A stretch of DNA of 64,000 bases from an uncultured Acidobacteriota bacterium. Lineage in GTDB: Bacteria > Acidobacteriota > UBA6911. Position 1 is the stretch's first letter, and every line of letters begins with the position of its first letter. Below the pieces are notes generated by a model. The model saw only the letters and a list, made by a program, of their open reading frames with translations, had not been told where the DNA came from and did not search any database. Where the stretch lies: assembly GCA_963773605.1 (NCBI GenBank), contig CAVZBT010000001.1, positions 130,173 to 194,172 of the forward strand, written 5' to 3'. Both the position numbers and the translations under genes were made by a program. Below, one piece after another: positions 55,170 through 64,000 of the stretch.

Positions 55170-57222
55170 ATGGCCCAATCGACACCCTGGCCCGATTTCG
55201 TCCGCAGGCGAAGCCCCGCTGGACGAGGTTGTGAAGCTGTCGCGCTTCTTCGGATCGAACCCCGATTTCGTTATCGCCGGCGGGGGCAACACGTCGGTCA
55301 AGGTCGGGGACTCGCTTTTCGTCAAACCGAGCGGCGTCGCCCTGGCTGCGATTGCGGCGGGCGACTTCGTCGAGATGAAGCGGGCCGCCCTCGACTCGCT
55401 GCTGACGGAAGAACTGGGCGGCGAACCGGCACAGCGTGAGGAGCGCTTCAAGCAGGCGATTCTCGCCGCGCGCGTCGACCCGCAGAGGGGGCGGCGCCCT
55501 TCGGTGGAATGCGTGCTCCACAACCTCCTGCCGCGCCGCTTCGTGGTCCACACGCACTCCACCCGCGTGAATGGGCTCACGTGCGCAGAAGGGGGCGAAG
55601 CGGCCGCCTTCCGCCTTTTCGGCGGACGACGCTCTCTGGGTGCCGTACGTGGACCCCGGCTATGTTCTGGCCCGATCCGTGGCCGCGGCCCTGAAGGGTT
55701 ACGCGCGGCGCACGGGGCGCCCCTGCCCGCCGGCCCTCCTGATGCAGAACCACGGGCTGATCGTCTGCGGCGACACCCCCGCCGAGGTGCGGAGCGTTAC
55801 GGACCGCCTTGTCGACGCCGTCGCCGTGGCCGCCGGGTCGGCCGCGGAAAACGCCTCTTTCGGTGAAGTCGAGCAGGTCGACCCGCAGTCCGCTCGAGAC
55901 CTGATCAACCGGATGGCGCCCATGCTGCGCGCGTTGTTGGCGGACGGGGACGAGCTACGCGTGGTGACCTTCGACGACTCGCCCATGATCCTCGGCTATG
56001 CCGGGAACGAAGAGGGGCGTGCCGCCGCCCGGGGGGGCCTCTGACCCCCGACCAGATTGTCTACTGCAACTCGTTCCCGCTGCTGTTCGAGGCCGAGGCC
56101 GCCGAACCGGAAGAGGCGCTGCTGGAGCGGCTCTCGACCGCCGTCCGGGCCCACACCCGGGAGACCGGCTTCGCGCCGCTCGCGGTGCTGGTCAAAGGCC
56201 TGGGCATGTTCACGTCGGGGCGCGATTTCGCCGCTGCGGACACCGTCAGGCTCTGCTATCTCGACGCCGTGCGGGTCGCGGCGGGGGCGCGCTGTTTCGG
56301 GGGAGTGCGGCCGCTGGCAGCCCGCGACCGCCGCTTCATTGAGAACTGGGAGGTCGAGGCCTACCGGCGCCAGATCGCATCCGGCACCCGGGACGGGCGC
56401 CGCATGAGCGGTAAGGTCGCGTTCGTCACCGGGGCGGCACAGGGCTTCGGCAAGGGCATCGCGGTGGCGCTTGCGGGCGAGGGAGCCCACGTTACCCTGG
56501 CCGACCTGAATGCCGAGGCCGCCGGCCGTGCGGCGCAGGAAATCTGCGGCGAGCACGGCGACGGCCGGGCTCTCGCGGTGCGGGTGGACGTCACCAGCAG
56601 CGCATCGCTCGCCGATGCCCTGCACGCGCACGTGCGCCGGTATGGCGGGATCGACCTCGTCGTCTCCAACGCCGGCGTCCTGCTCGCGGGCAGCGTCAAG
56701 AGCCAGTCCCCGCGCGAATTCGACCTCGTCACCTCGGTCAACTATCGCGGGTACTTCCTGTGTGTCCAGGAGGCGGCCCCGATCATGGCACGGCAGCGGC
56801 ACGCGTGCCCGTCCTGCTGGGGCGACATCATCCAGATCAACTCGAAGTCGGGCCTGACGGGCTCAAACCGCAACGGCGCCTACGCGGGGAGCAAATTCGG
56901 CAGCATCGGGCTGACCCAGTCGTTTGCGCTCGAACTCATCGACGACGGCATCAAGGTCAACGCCGTTTGTCCCGGCAATTTCTTCGAGGGACCGCTCTGG
57001 TCGGATCCCGAGACCGGGCTTTTCGTCCAGTATCTGCGCGCCGGGAAGGTGCCCGGGGCGCGCACCATTGAAGACGTGCGCCGGGCCTACGAGGCCAAGG
57101 TTCCCATGGGACGGGGGTGCACGACGGCCGATGTCATGAAGGCGATCTACTATTTGGTCGAGCAGAAGTACGAGACCGGCCAGGCGCTGCCGGTCACTGG
57201 CGGCCAGGTGATGCTCCGCTAG
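55170..57222 (+). pseudogene. bifunctional class-II aldolase / short-chain dehydrogenase (rhamnulose-1-phosphate-aldolase-like + SDR), about 3 frameshifts
   Basis: Aldolase part: FFGSNPDFVIAGGGNTSVK..., DDALWVPYVDPGYVLA..., LLMQNHGLIVCG. SDR part: GKVAFVTGAAQGFGKGIA and YAGSKFG. Frame junctions are at about 55200, 55624 and in the G7 run 56031-56037. AGGAGG lies before ATG 55170. Confidence 0.8.
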
Positions 57223-57289
57223 CGGCTCAACTGAACTTTGTACGCATCTTCGGCAGAAGACACGAAGGACCCGATCGGACCTGGCCTGG

Positions 57290-57339
57290 GGCGGCACCCA
57301 GGCGCCGCCCACTAAGCGGCGTCGAGCCGCCGCACTCCA
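57290..57339 (+). repeat. GC-rich palindromic repeat unit (hairpin + perfect core)
   Basis: GGCGGCaCC-CA-GGCGCCGCC, then cactaa, then GCGGCGTCGAGCCGCCGCACTCCA. It ends 17 nt before the next start codon. Confidence 0.85.
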
Positions 57340-57355
57340 GACAACGGGGGCAGCC

Positions 57356-59059
57356 GTGAGTGACCGTTCCTTGCCTCGGAAACAGCATGCGATCCAGCTT
57401 GTCGGGCCCGGCGTCCTGACGCACAACAGCGGCAAGGACGTCCCTGCGCCCGGACCGCGCCAGGTCGTGGCCCGGGTGGAGGCGGTCGGGCTCTGTTTTT
57501 CCGACCTGAAGCTCCTGAGGCAATTCTCGCGGCACGCGCGCAAGACCGAGATCCTCGAGGGCATGCCGCCCGAAGTTCTTCGGGAGATCCCGAGCTATGT
57601 ACCCGGCACGCAGCCGACGGTTCCGGGCCACGAGGTGGCTTGCCGCATCGTGGCCGTGGGCGAGGACGTCCGCCACTACCGGCTCGACGAAAGATGCCTG
57701 GTCCAGACAGACTACCGCACGCTGCGCACGTCGAGTTCCAACGCGGCGTTCGGCTACAACTTCGAGGGCGGGCTGCAGGAATACGTCCTCATGGACGAGC
57801 GCGTCATCGTCGATCCGGACACGCGGGAACGCTTCCTGATTCCAGTGCCCGAGAACCTGGCCGCTTCCGCCGTCGCCCTCGTCGAGCCGTGGGCGTGCGT
57901 CGAGGACTCTTACGCCAACCCCGAACGGGGGCAGATCAAGCGCGGGGGAAGGCTTCTGGTGCACGCGGAGCCCGGCCACGGCTGGGCCGATGTGGTCGAG
58001 CTGCTGGCGCGCTCGGGACCGGGGGCCGTCCTGACCGCGGGCGAAGCCCGTCACCCGTCCTTCGAGCACGTCGAGGACCTGGCGTCGGTCCCCGATGAGG
58101 CGTTTGACGACATCGTCTACTACGGCGCCCGCAGCCGGACCATTGAAATCCTCAACGACAAGCTCGCCGCCGGTGGGCTCATCAACATTGTCACGGGCGG
58201 GCGACGCATCGGCGAGCCGGTTTCGGTCGGGGTAGGCCGGGTGCACTACGGGATGACGCGCTGGACCGGCACCCACGAAACGGTCGCGCGCGACGGGTAC
58301 GATTCAATCCCCCCGAACGGCGAAATCCTGCCGGGCGACCGCATTGCCGTGCTCGGCGCGGGCGGACCCATGGGACAGATGCACGTCATCCGCTGCCTGC
58401 GCCAGGGGGTGCAGGGCCTCCGCGTTGTTTGCGCCGACGTCGACGACGGGCGGCTCGGCGCCCTGGAGAAGAAGGCCGCCCCGCTGGCACGCGCGGCGCG
58501 CATCGAACTCCAGTTCCTGAACACCGCCCGCAACCCGCTGGGAGGGGAGTTCAGCTATTTTGCATTGCTGGCGCCGCTCGGGGCGCTCGTGGCGGAGGCC
58601 GTGGAGCGCAGCCTGGAGGGGGCGCGCATCAACATCTTCGCCGGCATCCCCGCCACGACGTGCCAGCTGCTGGACCTGGACGCGTATATCGGCCGGCGGT
58701 GTTACATGTTCGGCACCAGCGGCTCGGTGGTCCGGGATATGAAGATCGTGCTGGAGAAGCTCGAGGCCGGACGGCTGGACACCAACTGCTCCGTCGACGC
58801 CGTGTCCGGCATGGCGGGCGCGGCCGAAGCCCTGGCCGCTGTGGAGAATCGTACTCTCGCCGGCAAGATAGTCGTGTACCCTCAGCTGCACGATCTGGGC
58901 CTGGTACCGCTTGCGGATTTGGCGCAGCGGTTCCCCGCGGTCGCGCAGCTGCTCGACGCCGGCCAGTGGACCAAAGCCGCCGAGGATAAGCTCCTTTCGG
59001 AGTGCGGCGGCCAGGCCGGCGCTGTGAGCGGGGTGGATGGGGCTACACCGATTGCCTGA
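57356..59059 (+). CDS. medium-chain (zinc-type) alcohol dehydrogenase-like protein, long form
   Basis: 567-aa ORF with a GTG start. GroES-like ADH_N part with GHEVACRIVAVGEDV. A second Rossmann region has AVLGAGGPMGQM. Confidence 0.75.
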   Translation: MSDRSLPRKQHAIQLVGPGVLTHNSGKDVPAPGPRQVVARVEAVGLCFSDLKLLRQFSRHARKTEILEGMPPEVLREIPSYVPGTQPTVPGHEVACRIVAVGEDVRHYRLDERCLVQTDYRTLRTSSSNAAFGYNFEGGLQEYVLMDERVIVDPDTRERFLIPVPENLAASAVALVEPWACVEDSYANPERGQIKRGGRLLVHAEPGHGWADVVELLARSGPGAVLTAGEARHPSFEHVEDLASVPDEAFDDIVYYGARSRTIEILNDKLAAGGLINIVTGGRRIGEPVSVGVGRVHYGMTRWTGTHETVARDGYDSIPPNGEILPGDRIAVLGAGGPMGQMHVIRCLRQGVQGLRVVCADVDDGRLGALEKKAAPLARAARIELQFLNTARNPLGGEFSYFALLAPLGALVAEAVERSLEGARINIFAGIPATTCQLLDLDAYIGRRCYMFGTSGSVVRDMKIVLEKLEAGRLDTNCSVDAVSGMAGAAEALAAVENRTLAGKIVVYPQLHDLGLVPLADLAQRFPAVAQLLDAGQWTKAAEDKLLSECGGQAGAVSGVDGATPIA

Positions 59060-59091
59060 GAGGGCCGACGCACCGCACTCGGAGGACCGTG

Positions 59092-60126
59092 ATGAACTTG
59101 AACCGTTGGATTACAGCCGCCCTGTTTGTCTGTTGCCCTGCTGCCGCCTGGGCGCAGGGCCCCGTCGCGGTCGTGCAAGGTGTGCCGATCAGCGACGACG
59201 AGCTGAACCAGGCTGCGGCCGCCGACCTCGACCGGCTCGAAATGCAGCGCCTGCAGGCGGAAGCGAGTTTCGAGCGAAACCGTCACCAGCTGCGCGAGGC
59301 GGCGCTGAACCGGCTGATCGAAGACCGCCTCTTCACCCTCGAAGCCGCCAAACAGAACATATCCCGCGCCGAACTGATCGCCCGCGAAATCGACCGCAAG
59401 GTCCAGGATCCCACGGACGCGGAGATCAACGCGGTTTACGAGACAAACAAGGCGCGCATCAACGTTTCCAAGGAGCAGGTGCGGCCCCAGATCGTCCAGT
59501 TCCTGCGCCAGCAGCGCCTGGCCAAGCTGCGGGCCGATTTCGTCGAGCGCCTCAAGCCCGCCTACGGCGTCACGATCGCGCTCCAGCCGCAGCGTATCGC
59601 CGTTTCGACTTCGGACCGGCCCGCCCGCGGCGGCGCAAACGCCCCCGTGACCATCGTCGAATTCTCCGATTTCCAGTGCGATTTCTGCCGCAACTTCAAC
59701 ACGAGCCTGAACCGGATCATGACCGACTACGGTGACAAGGTGCGGCTCGTCTTCCGCCACTTTCCACTCGCCGAGATACACCCGCTGGCCTTCAAGGCGG
59801 CGGAAGCCTCCATGTGCGCCTTCGACCAGGGGAAGTTTTGGGAAATGCATAATTTGCTTTTTGAGGCCCCGGCAAAGCTCGGCCCCGACGACATCAAGGC
59901 CAAGGCCGCCGGTCTCGGGCTCGATGCGGCGGCTTTTGCTCAATGCCTTGACTCCGGGCGGCACGCGCCCGGCATCCGGCAAGACGTCCGGGATGGGTCC
60001 CGCTCCGGCGTCACCGGCACGCCCGCCATCTTCATCAACGGGCGACTCCTTACCGGGGTGCGCCCGTATCCCGACATTGCCAATACGGTAGAAGAGGAAC
60101 TGAAACGCGCCGCCCGTCGCCCTTGA
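59092..60126 (+). CDS. DsbA-family thioredoxin-fold protein with N-terminal helical (SurA-like) region, secreted
   Basis: ATG 59092 follows GGAGGA. It has a signal peptide. The CxxC motif is FQCDFC, and the thioredoxin part includes GTPAIFINGRLL. Confidence 0.8.
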   Translation: MNLNRWITAALFVCCPAAAWAQGPVAVVQGVPISDDELNQAAAADLDRLEMQRLQAEASFERNRHQLREAALNRLIEDRLFTLEAAKQNISRAELIAREIDRKVQDPTDAEINAVYETNKARINVSKEQVRPQIVQFLRQQRLAKLRADFVERLKPAYGVTIALQPQRIAVSTSDRPARGGANAPVTIVEFSDFQCDFCRNFNTSLNRIMTDYGDKVRLVFRHFPLAEIHPLAFKAAEASMCAFDQGKFWEMHNLLFEAPAKLGPDDIKAKAAGLGLDAAAFAQCLDSGRHAPGIRQDVRDGSRSGVTGTPAIFINGRLLTGVRPYPDIANTVEEELKRAARRP

Positions 60127-60182
60127 ACGCGGCGGAAATACGGTGACAGGGGGTGGCTGGCACCGGGTGTCAGGAGGATGCG

Positions 60183-61886
60183 ATGAAACCGTGGGTCTGG
60201 TGTCTGGTTGCGACGCTGTTGCTTCTGGCATGCGATGCCGCAGTCGCGGCGGATGCGGAGTGGGTTCCGCTGTTCGACGGCAAGACCTTGAACGGCTGGA
60301 AGGCCGGCGAAAATCCGGGGTCCTTCCGGGTCACGGATGGCGCCATCGTCGCCCACGGGCCCCGAGCGCACCTCTTCTATGCGGGCCAGGTGCGCCGGGC
60401 CGATTTCCGGAACTTCGAGCTGCAAGCCGAAGTGCGCACGAAGCCCGGAGCGAACTCCGGGATCTACTTCCACACGCGGTACCAGGCGTCGCGATTCCCA
60501 GTCAAAGGCTTCGAGACCCAGATCAACAACAGCGCCCTCGGCGAGGGCGGCTACCGGGAGCTGAAGCGCACCGGCAGCCTCTACGGGGTCCGCAACATCT
60601 ACAAGGTCTTGGCACGCGACGACGAGTGGTTTACGGTGCACATTGCCGTCCGCGGCCGCAGGATTCAGATCCGGGTCGGCGACACGCTCCTGGTCGACTA
60701 TGTGGAGCCGGAGAACCCGGTGCCGGACAAGAACGAGCCGGAGCGCCGCCTTTCGAGCGGGACATTCGCCCTGCAGTGCCACGATCCGGGCAGCACAGTC
60801 TCGTTCCGCAACATCAGGGTCAAGCCCCTGCCGGACGACTTGGCCGACGATGCGCCGCGACTGCGCTTCGACGAGATCGACACACGCATCGTCGAGTTGC
60901 AGCAATCGAACTTCCCGACCATCGACTTCCACGTGCACATCAAAGGGGGGCTCTCCCTGGAGGATGCCCTCGCGCTGTCCCGGAAAACCGGCATTAATTT
61001 CGGTTTGGCGGTCAACTGCGGGGTGGGTTTCCCCATTACGTCCGACGCCGATATCGAGCCCTTCCTTAAAACCATGGCCGGCCAGCCTGTGTTCGTCGGG
61101 ATGCAGGCGGAGGGCCGGGAGTGGGTGAAACTTTTTTCGAAGGCTGCGGTCGCCCGCTTTGACTACGTGTTCACCGACGCCATGACCTTCACCGACCAGC
61201 GCGGCCGGCGCACGCGCCTGTGGATGAAGGACGAGGTCGACGTCCCCGAGCCCCAGGCCTTCATGGATATGCTGGTCGAGAAGATCGTGGGCATCGTGGA
61301 CAACGAGCCGATCGACATCTATGTCAACCCAACTTTCTTGCCGGAAGTCATCGCCGCGCGTTACGACACCTTGTGGACCGAAGCGCGGATGCGGAAAGTG
61401 GTTGACGCGCTTGCGCGCAACAAGGTGGCGCTCGAGATCAATTCGCGGTACCGGATCCCCAGCGCGGCGTTCATCCGCAAGGCCCGGCAAGCCGGGGTCA
61501 AGTTCACGCTCGGCACCAACAACGCGGGCAGCCAGGACCTTGGACGGTGCGAGTACGGCCTCCAGATGGTGCGCGAGTGCGGCCTGACGTGGCAGGACAT
61601 GTGGATGCCCAGGCCCGGCAAAGCCGAACTGAGGACCCGATCGTCGAGGCGCGGCCCAGCCGCGGAAGGACACGGCGCGGTCGGCGGCCGCAACCGGACT
61701 GGCGATTCCCGGAGCGCTTCGACGTGTAGACCTCGCCCCCAGGGCTTCGAATACTCAAAGGCTCGAGCCGGGGACCGCGCACCACTTATTCGACGACGGT
61801 ATTGCGCAGGGTACCGACCCCCTCGATCTCCACTTCCACCTGGTCGCCCGACTTCATCGCCCTTGTGGTCCCCGGCGTGCCGGTGA
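60183..61886 (+). CDS. DUF1080 domain fused to a PHP/amidohydrolase-like domain; 3' end uncertain
   Basis: ATG 60183 follows AGGAGG, and there is a signal peptide. DUF1080 part: WVPLFDGKTLNGW...NSGIYFH...FALQCHDPGSTVSFRNIRVKPL. Then TIDFHVHIKGG...ALEINSRYRIP...GVKFTLGTNNAG. The last approximately 85 aa are R/P/G-rich and overlap the convergent gene by 101 nt. Confidence 0.7.
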   Translation: MKPWVWCLVATLLLLACDAAVAADAEWVPLFDGKTLNGWKAGENPGSFRVTDGAIVAHGPRAHLFYAGQVRRADFRNFELQAEVRTKPGANSGIYFHTRYQASRFPVKGFETQINNSALGEGGYRELKRTGSLYGVRNIYKVLARDDEWFTVHIAVRGRRIQIRVGDTLLVDYVEPENPVPDKNEPERRLSSGTFALQCHDPGSTVSFRNIRVKPLPDDLADDAPRLRFDEIDTRIVELQQSNFPTIDFHVHIKGGLSLEDALALSRKTGINFGLAVNCGVGFPITSDADIEPFLKTMAGQPVFVGMQAEGREWVKLFSKAAVARFDYVFTDAMTFTDQRGRRTRLWMKDEVDVPEPQAFMDMLVEKIVGIVDNEPIDIYVNPTFLPEVIAARYDTLWTEARMRKVVDALARNKVALEINSRYRIPSAAFIRKARQAGVKFTLGTNNAGSQDLGRCEYGLQMVRECGLTWQDMWMPRPGKAELRTRSSRRGPAAEGHGAVGGRNRTGDSRSASTCRPRPQGFEYSKARAGDRAPLIRRRYCAGYRPPRSPLPPGRPTSSPLWSPACR

Positions 61887-62547
61887 AGATGAGGTCGCCC
61901 GGCAGCAGGGTCACGAACTGGCTGACGTAACTCACGATGCGTGGCACACCGAAAACCAGGTCGCTGGTCCTTTGCGACTGGCGGACTTCGCCGTTCAGCC
62001 GCGTCGTGACCTGCAGGTCGTTGTAGTTCAAACCGCGCACAACCGCGGGTCCGATGGGCCCGAAGGTGTCCGACCCCTTGGCCCGGAACCACTGCAAGTC
62101 GTTCTTCTGCCACTGCCGCTCGCTGACGTCGTTGCCGGCCGTCACTCCGAAAATGTGGTCCGGAGCCTCGGCTTCGGTCACCCTCGATGTCCTGCGGCCG
62201 ATCACCACGACGAGTTCGCCCTCATAGTGCACGTCCACCGCCCCGGGCGGAAACCGGATCTCTTCCCCGGGCCCGATAATCGACGTGGGCATTTTTGCGA
62301 AGATGCCCGGGTACTCGGGCGAAACCCTGGCGCCGATGTGGCTCCGGTAGTTGAGCCCGACGGCGATCACTTTCGACGGCTCGACGGGCGCGAGCAGGAG
62401 CACATCCGCCAGCGCCACGCTCCGGCCCGTCGGTGTCGCGTTCGCGAGAAAGTTACCGTTCAGTTCCGCGACGATTTCGTCGTGCAACATCCCATAGGCG
62501 ACCTGACCGGCGCGCAGGTAGCGGACGAATCTCGTGATGTCGCTCAT
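61786..62547 (-). CDS. fumarylacetoacetate hydrolase (FAH) family protein
   Basis: The start is MSDITRF after CAGGAGAACGAG. Motifs include VGLNYRSH, YEGELVVVIG and LPGDLIFTGTPGT. Confidence 0.85.
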   Translation of the reverse strand: MSDITRFVRYLRAGQVAYGMLHDEIVAELNGNFLANATPTGRSVALADVLLLAPVEPSKVIAVGLNYRSHIGARVSPEYPGIFAKMPTSIIGPGEEIRFPPGAVDVHYEGELVVVIGRRTSRVTEAEAPDHIFGVTAGNDVSERQWQKNDLQWFRAKGSDTFGPIGPAVVRGLNYNDLQVTTRLNGEVRQSQRTSDLVFGVPRIVSYVSQFVTLLPGDLIFTGTPGTTRAMKSGDQVEVEIEGVGTLRNTVVE

Positions 62548-62622
62548 CTCGTTCTCCTGAAAGAAACCCGGAAGCCTCAATCAGACACAGCAGCGTCGCC
62601 ATGGCTTCCGGCTTCTGTCTTC

Positions 62623-63189
62623 TCAAAACCCGAGTCTTTTATCTACCGCCGCCAGCTTCTTCTGTAAATCGTTGAGCTTCTGCATCGCGACCTTGGCCTC
62701 GGACTGGGCCTGCAGCAGGCGGTCGTTCAACATCTCCGTGTTCACCCTCTCGACAGCCGCTTCGGTCTCCCGATAGGGTTCTTTCAGCGCGTTCAGGGCC
62801 TTGCCCTTGATACGCCCCGAGCCAAAGAGCTCCTTTGCGGCCGCGAACCGCTGGTTCACGGCACTCTGCAGGGCGCCGATGTCGTTCCGGACACCTTCAC
62901 GCTTGGCCCGCGCGATGTTGCGGGCTTTCTCGAAACGGCTCTTGGCCCGGGCCAGATGTCCTTTGGCGTCGCTGTAGCTCTGCTGGCCGAGCGCGGCCTG
63001 GGCTTCGTCCCAGGCCTCCTGGGCGCTTTTCCAGTCGCCGGGCGCAAAGTCGGCGGCCTGCTCCTGCCTGGCCTCGTCCATTGCCTTCTGCGCTTGCTTG
63101 ATCGCCTCCTCCGGCCTGGAGGCGCAACCCAGAAAACAGCCGGTCGTCAGCACTACCCAAATTGCCGCACACCGTCGCAGATCTTGCAT
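62623..63189 (-). CDS. helical lipoprotein (DUF4398-like), function unknown
   Basis: The start is MQDLRRC after GGAGGG. Lipobox FLGC. Ala/Lys/Gln-rich predicted helices (KQAQKAMDEARQEQAADFAPGDWKSAQEAWDEAQ). Confidence 0.6.
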   Translation of the reverse strand: MQDLRRCAAIWVVLTTGCFLGCASRPEEAIKQAQKAMDEARQEQAADFAPGDWKSAQEAWDEAQAALGQQSYSDAKGHLARAKSRFEKARNIARAKREGVRNDIGALQSAVNQRFAAAKELFGSGRIKGKALNALKEPYRETEAAVERVNTEMLNDRLLQAQSEAKVAMQKLNDLQKKLAAVDKRLGF

Positions 63190-63366
63190 TGTGCCCTCCG
63201 CTTTACCGGCGGGAACTTCGTGCTGGCAAGGGCGCGCGCTTCCCGCCGCAACCAAGGACAGGATCAAACAGCGATCGCAACCCAAGTTGAGTTAAAGGAA
63301 ACCGAACCTCGGCCTGATTCTAAGACCGCGGGCTGTTCCGGCGATATCAAAAAACGCAGCGGCTGC

Positions 63367-64000
63367 TCACTGCGCCGCTGCGCGCCAGGACCGCTCGATC
63401 TCCTCAAGGGTGCGCCCCTTGGTCTCCGGCACCATGAAGGCTACGAACACGCACGCGAGGAAGCTCGCTGCGGCATAGAGCCAGAATGTTTGTGCGGGCC
63501 CGACCGCCGGGCTGTCGTTCAGGACCGGAAATGTCTGGGCGACGATATAGCACGAAGTCCACACGACGAACGTCGCTACCGACATCGCCCGCCCGCGCAC
63601 CTTGTTGGGGAAAATCTCCGAGCAGATGACCCAGGACATGGGCCCGGTCGACATCGCAAATGCAGCGATGAAGGCCACGATGCAGACGAGCAGAGCGATC
63701 CCGCTCTGCCCCGCATGGAACAGCCATCCCACCAGCGCAAGCGCCACCGTCTGGGCGACCGTGCCGATGACGAGCAGCGGCTTGCGCCCCGCCCGGTCCA
63801 CCAGCGCGATTGCGACGAACGTGAACACCAGGTTCACCAGTCCGATCCAGACCGACGACGTGAACGCCGCGTCCCGGACGGCGCCGGCCGAAGCGAATAT
63901 CTTGGTCGAGTAGTAGATGACGGCATTAATGCCCGAGAACTGGGAAAAGGCCATCAGGAGCACGGCGATCCGGAGCGGCCGGAAGTAAGCCGGAGTGAAC
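63367..64000 (-). CDS. MFS sugar-porter family transporter, C-terminal part (5' end outside window)
   Basis: Open to the window edge. Motifs DRAGRKPLL, EIFPNKVRGRA and PETKGRTLEEIE are typical of sugar porters. Confidence 0.85.
   Translation of the reverse strand, partial: FTPAYFRPLRIAVLLMAFSQFSGINAVIYYSTKIFASAGAVRDAAFTSSVWIGLVNLVFTFVAIALVDRAGRKPLLVIGTVAQTVALALVGWLFHAGQSGIALLVCIVAFIAAFAMSTGPMSWVICSEIFPNKVRGRAMSVATFVVWTSCYIVAQTFPVLNDSPAVGPAQTFWLYAAASFLACVFVAFMVPETKGRTLEEIERSWRAAAQ

Noticed and set aside
52190-56045. Programmed ribosomal frameshifting as an explanation for the broken genes.
   Set aside because: About 16 shifts in four unrelated genes have no common slippery heptamer or downstream structure. 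Sequence error or decay is far more parsimonious.
2840-57339. Possibility that the recurring 24-nt core is a CRISPR array.
   Set aside because: Copies are tens of kb apart, in both orientations, often degenerate, and not separated by uniform short spacers. No cas genes are present.
58478-58492. Other TGGCAC-containing strings (58478, 56786, 60158, 41128) as sigma54 promoters.
   Set aside because: They lie inside coding regions or lack the TTGC/GC element at the correct 12-nt spacing.
1-64000. Search for transposases, integrases, phage genes, toxin-antitoxin pairs, restriction-modification or other defence systems.
   Set aside because: No ORF of 60 aa or more showed the corresponding motifs (DDE, tyrosine/serine recombinase, nuclease/methylase or ATPase signatures outside the NtrC AAA+ domain). 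The window looks like core metabolic, transport and regulatory DNA.

Overview
GC-rich (by eye about two-thirds G+C) bacterial chromosomal segment. All calls rest on motif recognition in the supplied translations and on reading the DNA; no searches were run. The gene content and receptor architecture resemble Acidobacteriota, but this cannot be verified here.

Main content:
- (1) A carbohydrate-uptake and periplasmic-oxidation locus. It holds Tat-exported Gfo/Idh/MocA oxidoreductases, Tat-exported xylose-isomerase-like TIM-barrel proteins, DUF1080 proteins and a DUF5916/CBM9 outer-membrane protein. It also holds four head-to-tail TonB-dependent receptor paralogues of about 1125 aa (8.9-23.3 kb), each with its own promoter-like AT island and hairpin terminator.
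- (2) PIG-L deacetylase, amidohydrolase and URO-D-like genes, plus a PAS-GGDEF cyclase.
- (3) An NtrC-type activator and histidine kinase, divergent from an orphan CheY-like gene that is preceded by a near-consensus sigma54 promoter.
- (4) A DUF1537 kinase + PdxA-family dehydrogenase pair.
- (5) A tolC/HlyD/DHA2-MFS efflux operon.
- (6) ppc and an MBL-fold hydrolase.
- (7) A second oxidoreductase + TIM-barrel pair.
- (8) An inositol-3-phosphate synthase with an in-frame XRE-type HTH extension.
- (9) A DeoR-controlled cluster: fused E1 alpha/beta, E2, a PHP-like protein, a bifunctional aldolase/SDR and a long MDR dehydrogenase.
- (10) DsbA-like, DUF1080-PHP fusion, FAH-family, lipoprotein and sugar-porter genes.

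No rRNA, tRNA, CRISPR array, transposase, integrase or recognisable defence system was found.

Notable non-genic structure:
- A dispersed family of GC-rich palindromic repeats (core GCGGCGTCGAGCCGCCGCACTCCA), at least 10 copies, all intergenic or inside gene relics.
- A shared promoter architecture (phased T-tracts plus an extended -10) at 8 gene starts.
- Patchwork 99-100 % identity tracts between receptor paralogues, which looks like gene conversion.
- A striking cluster of about 16 single-base frameshifts between 52.2 and 56.0 kb, plus isolated ones in the second receptor, emrA-like, emrB-like and ppc genes. Almost all behave as 1-nt insertions, which points to sequence error rather than genuine decay.
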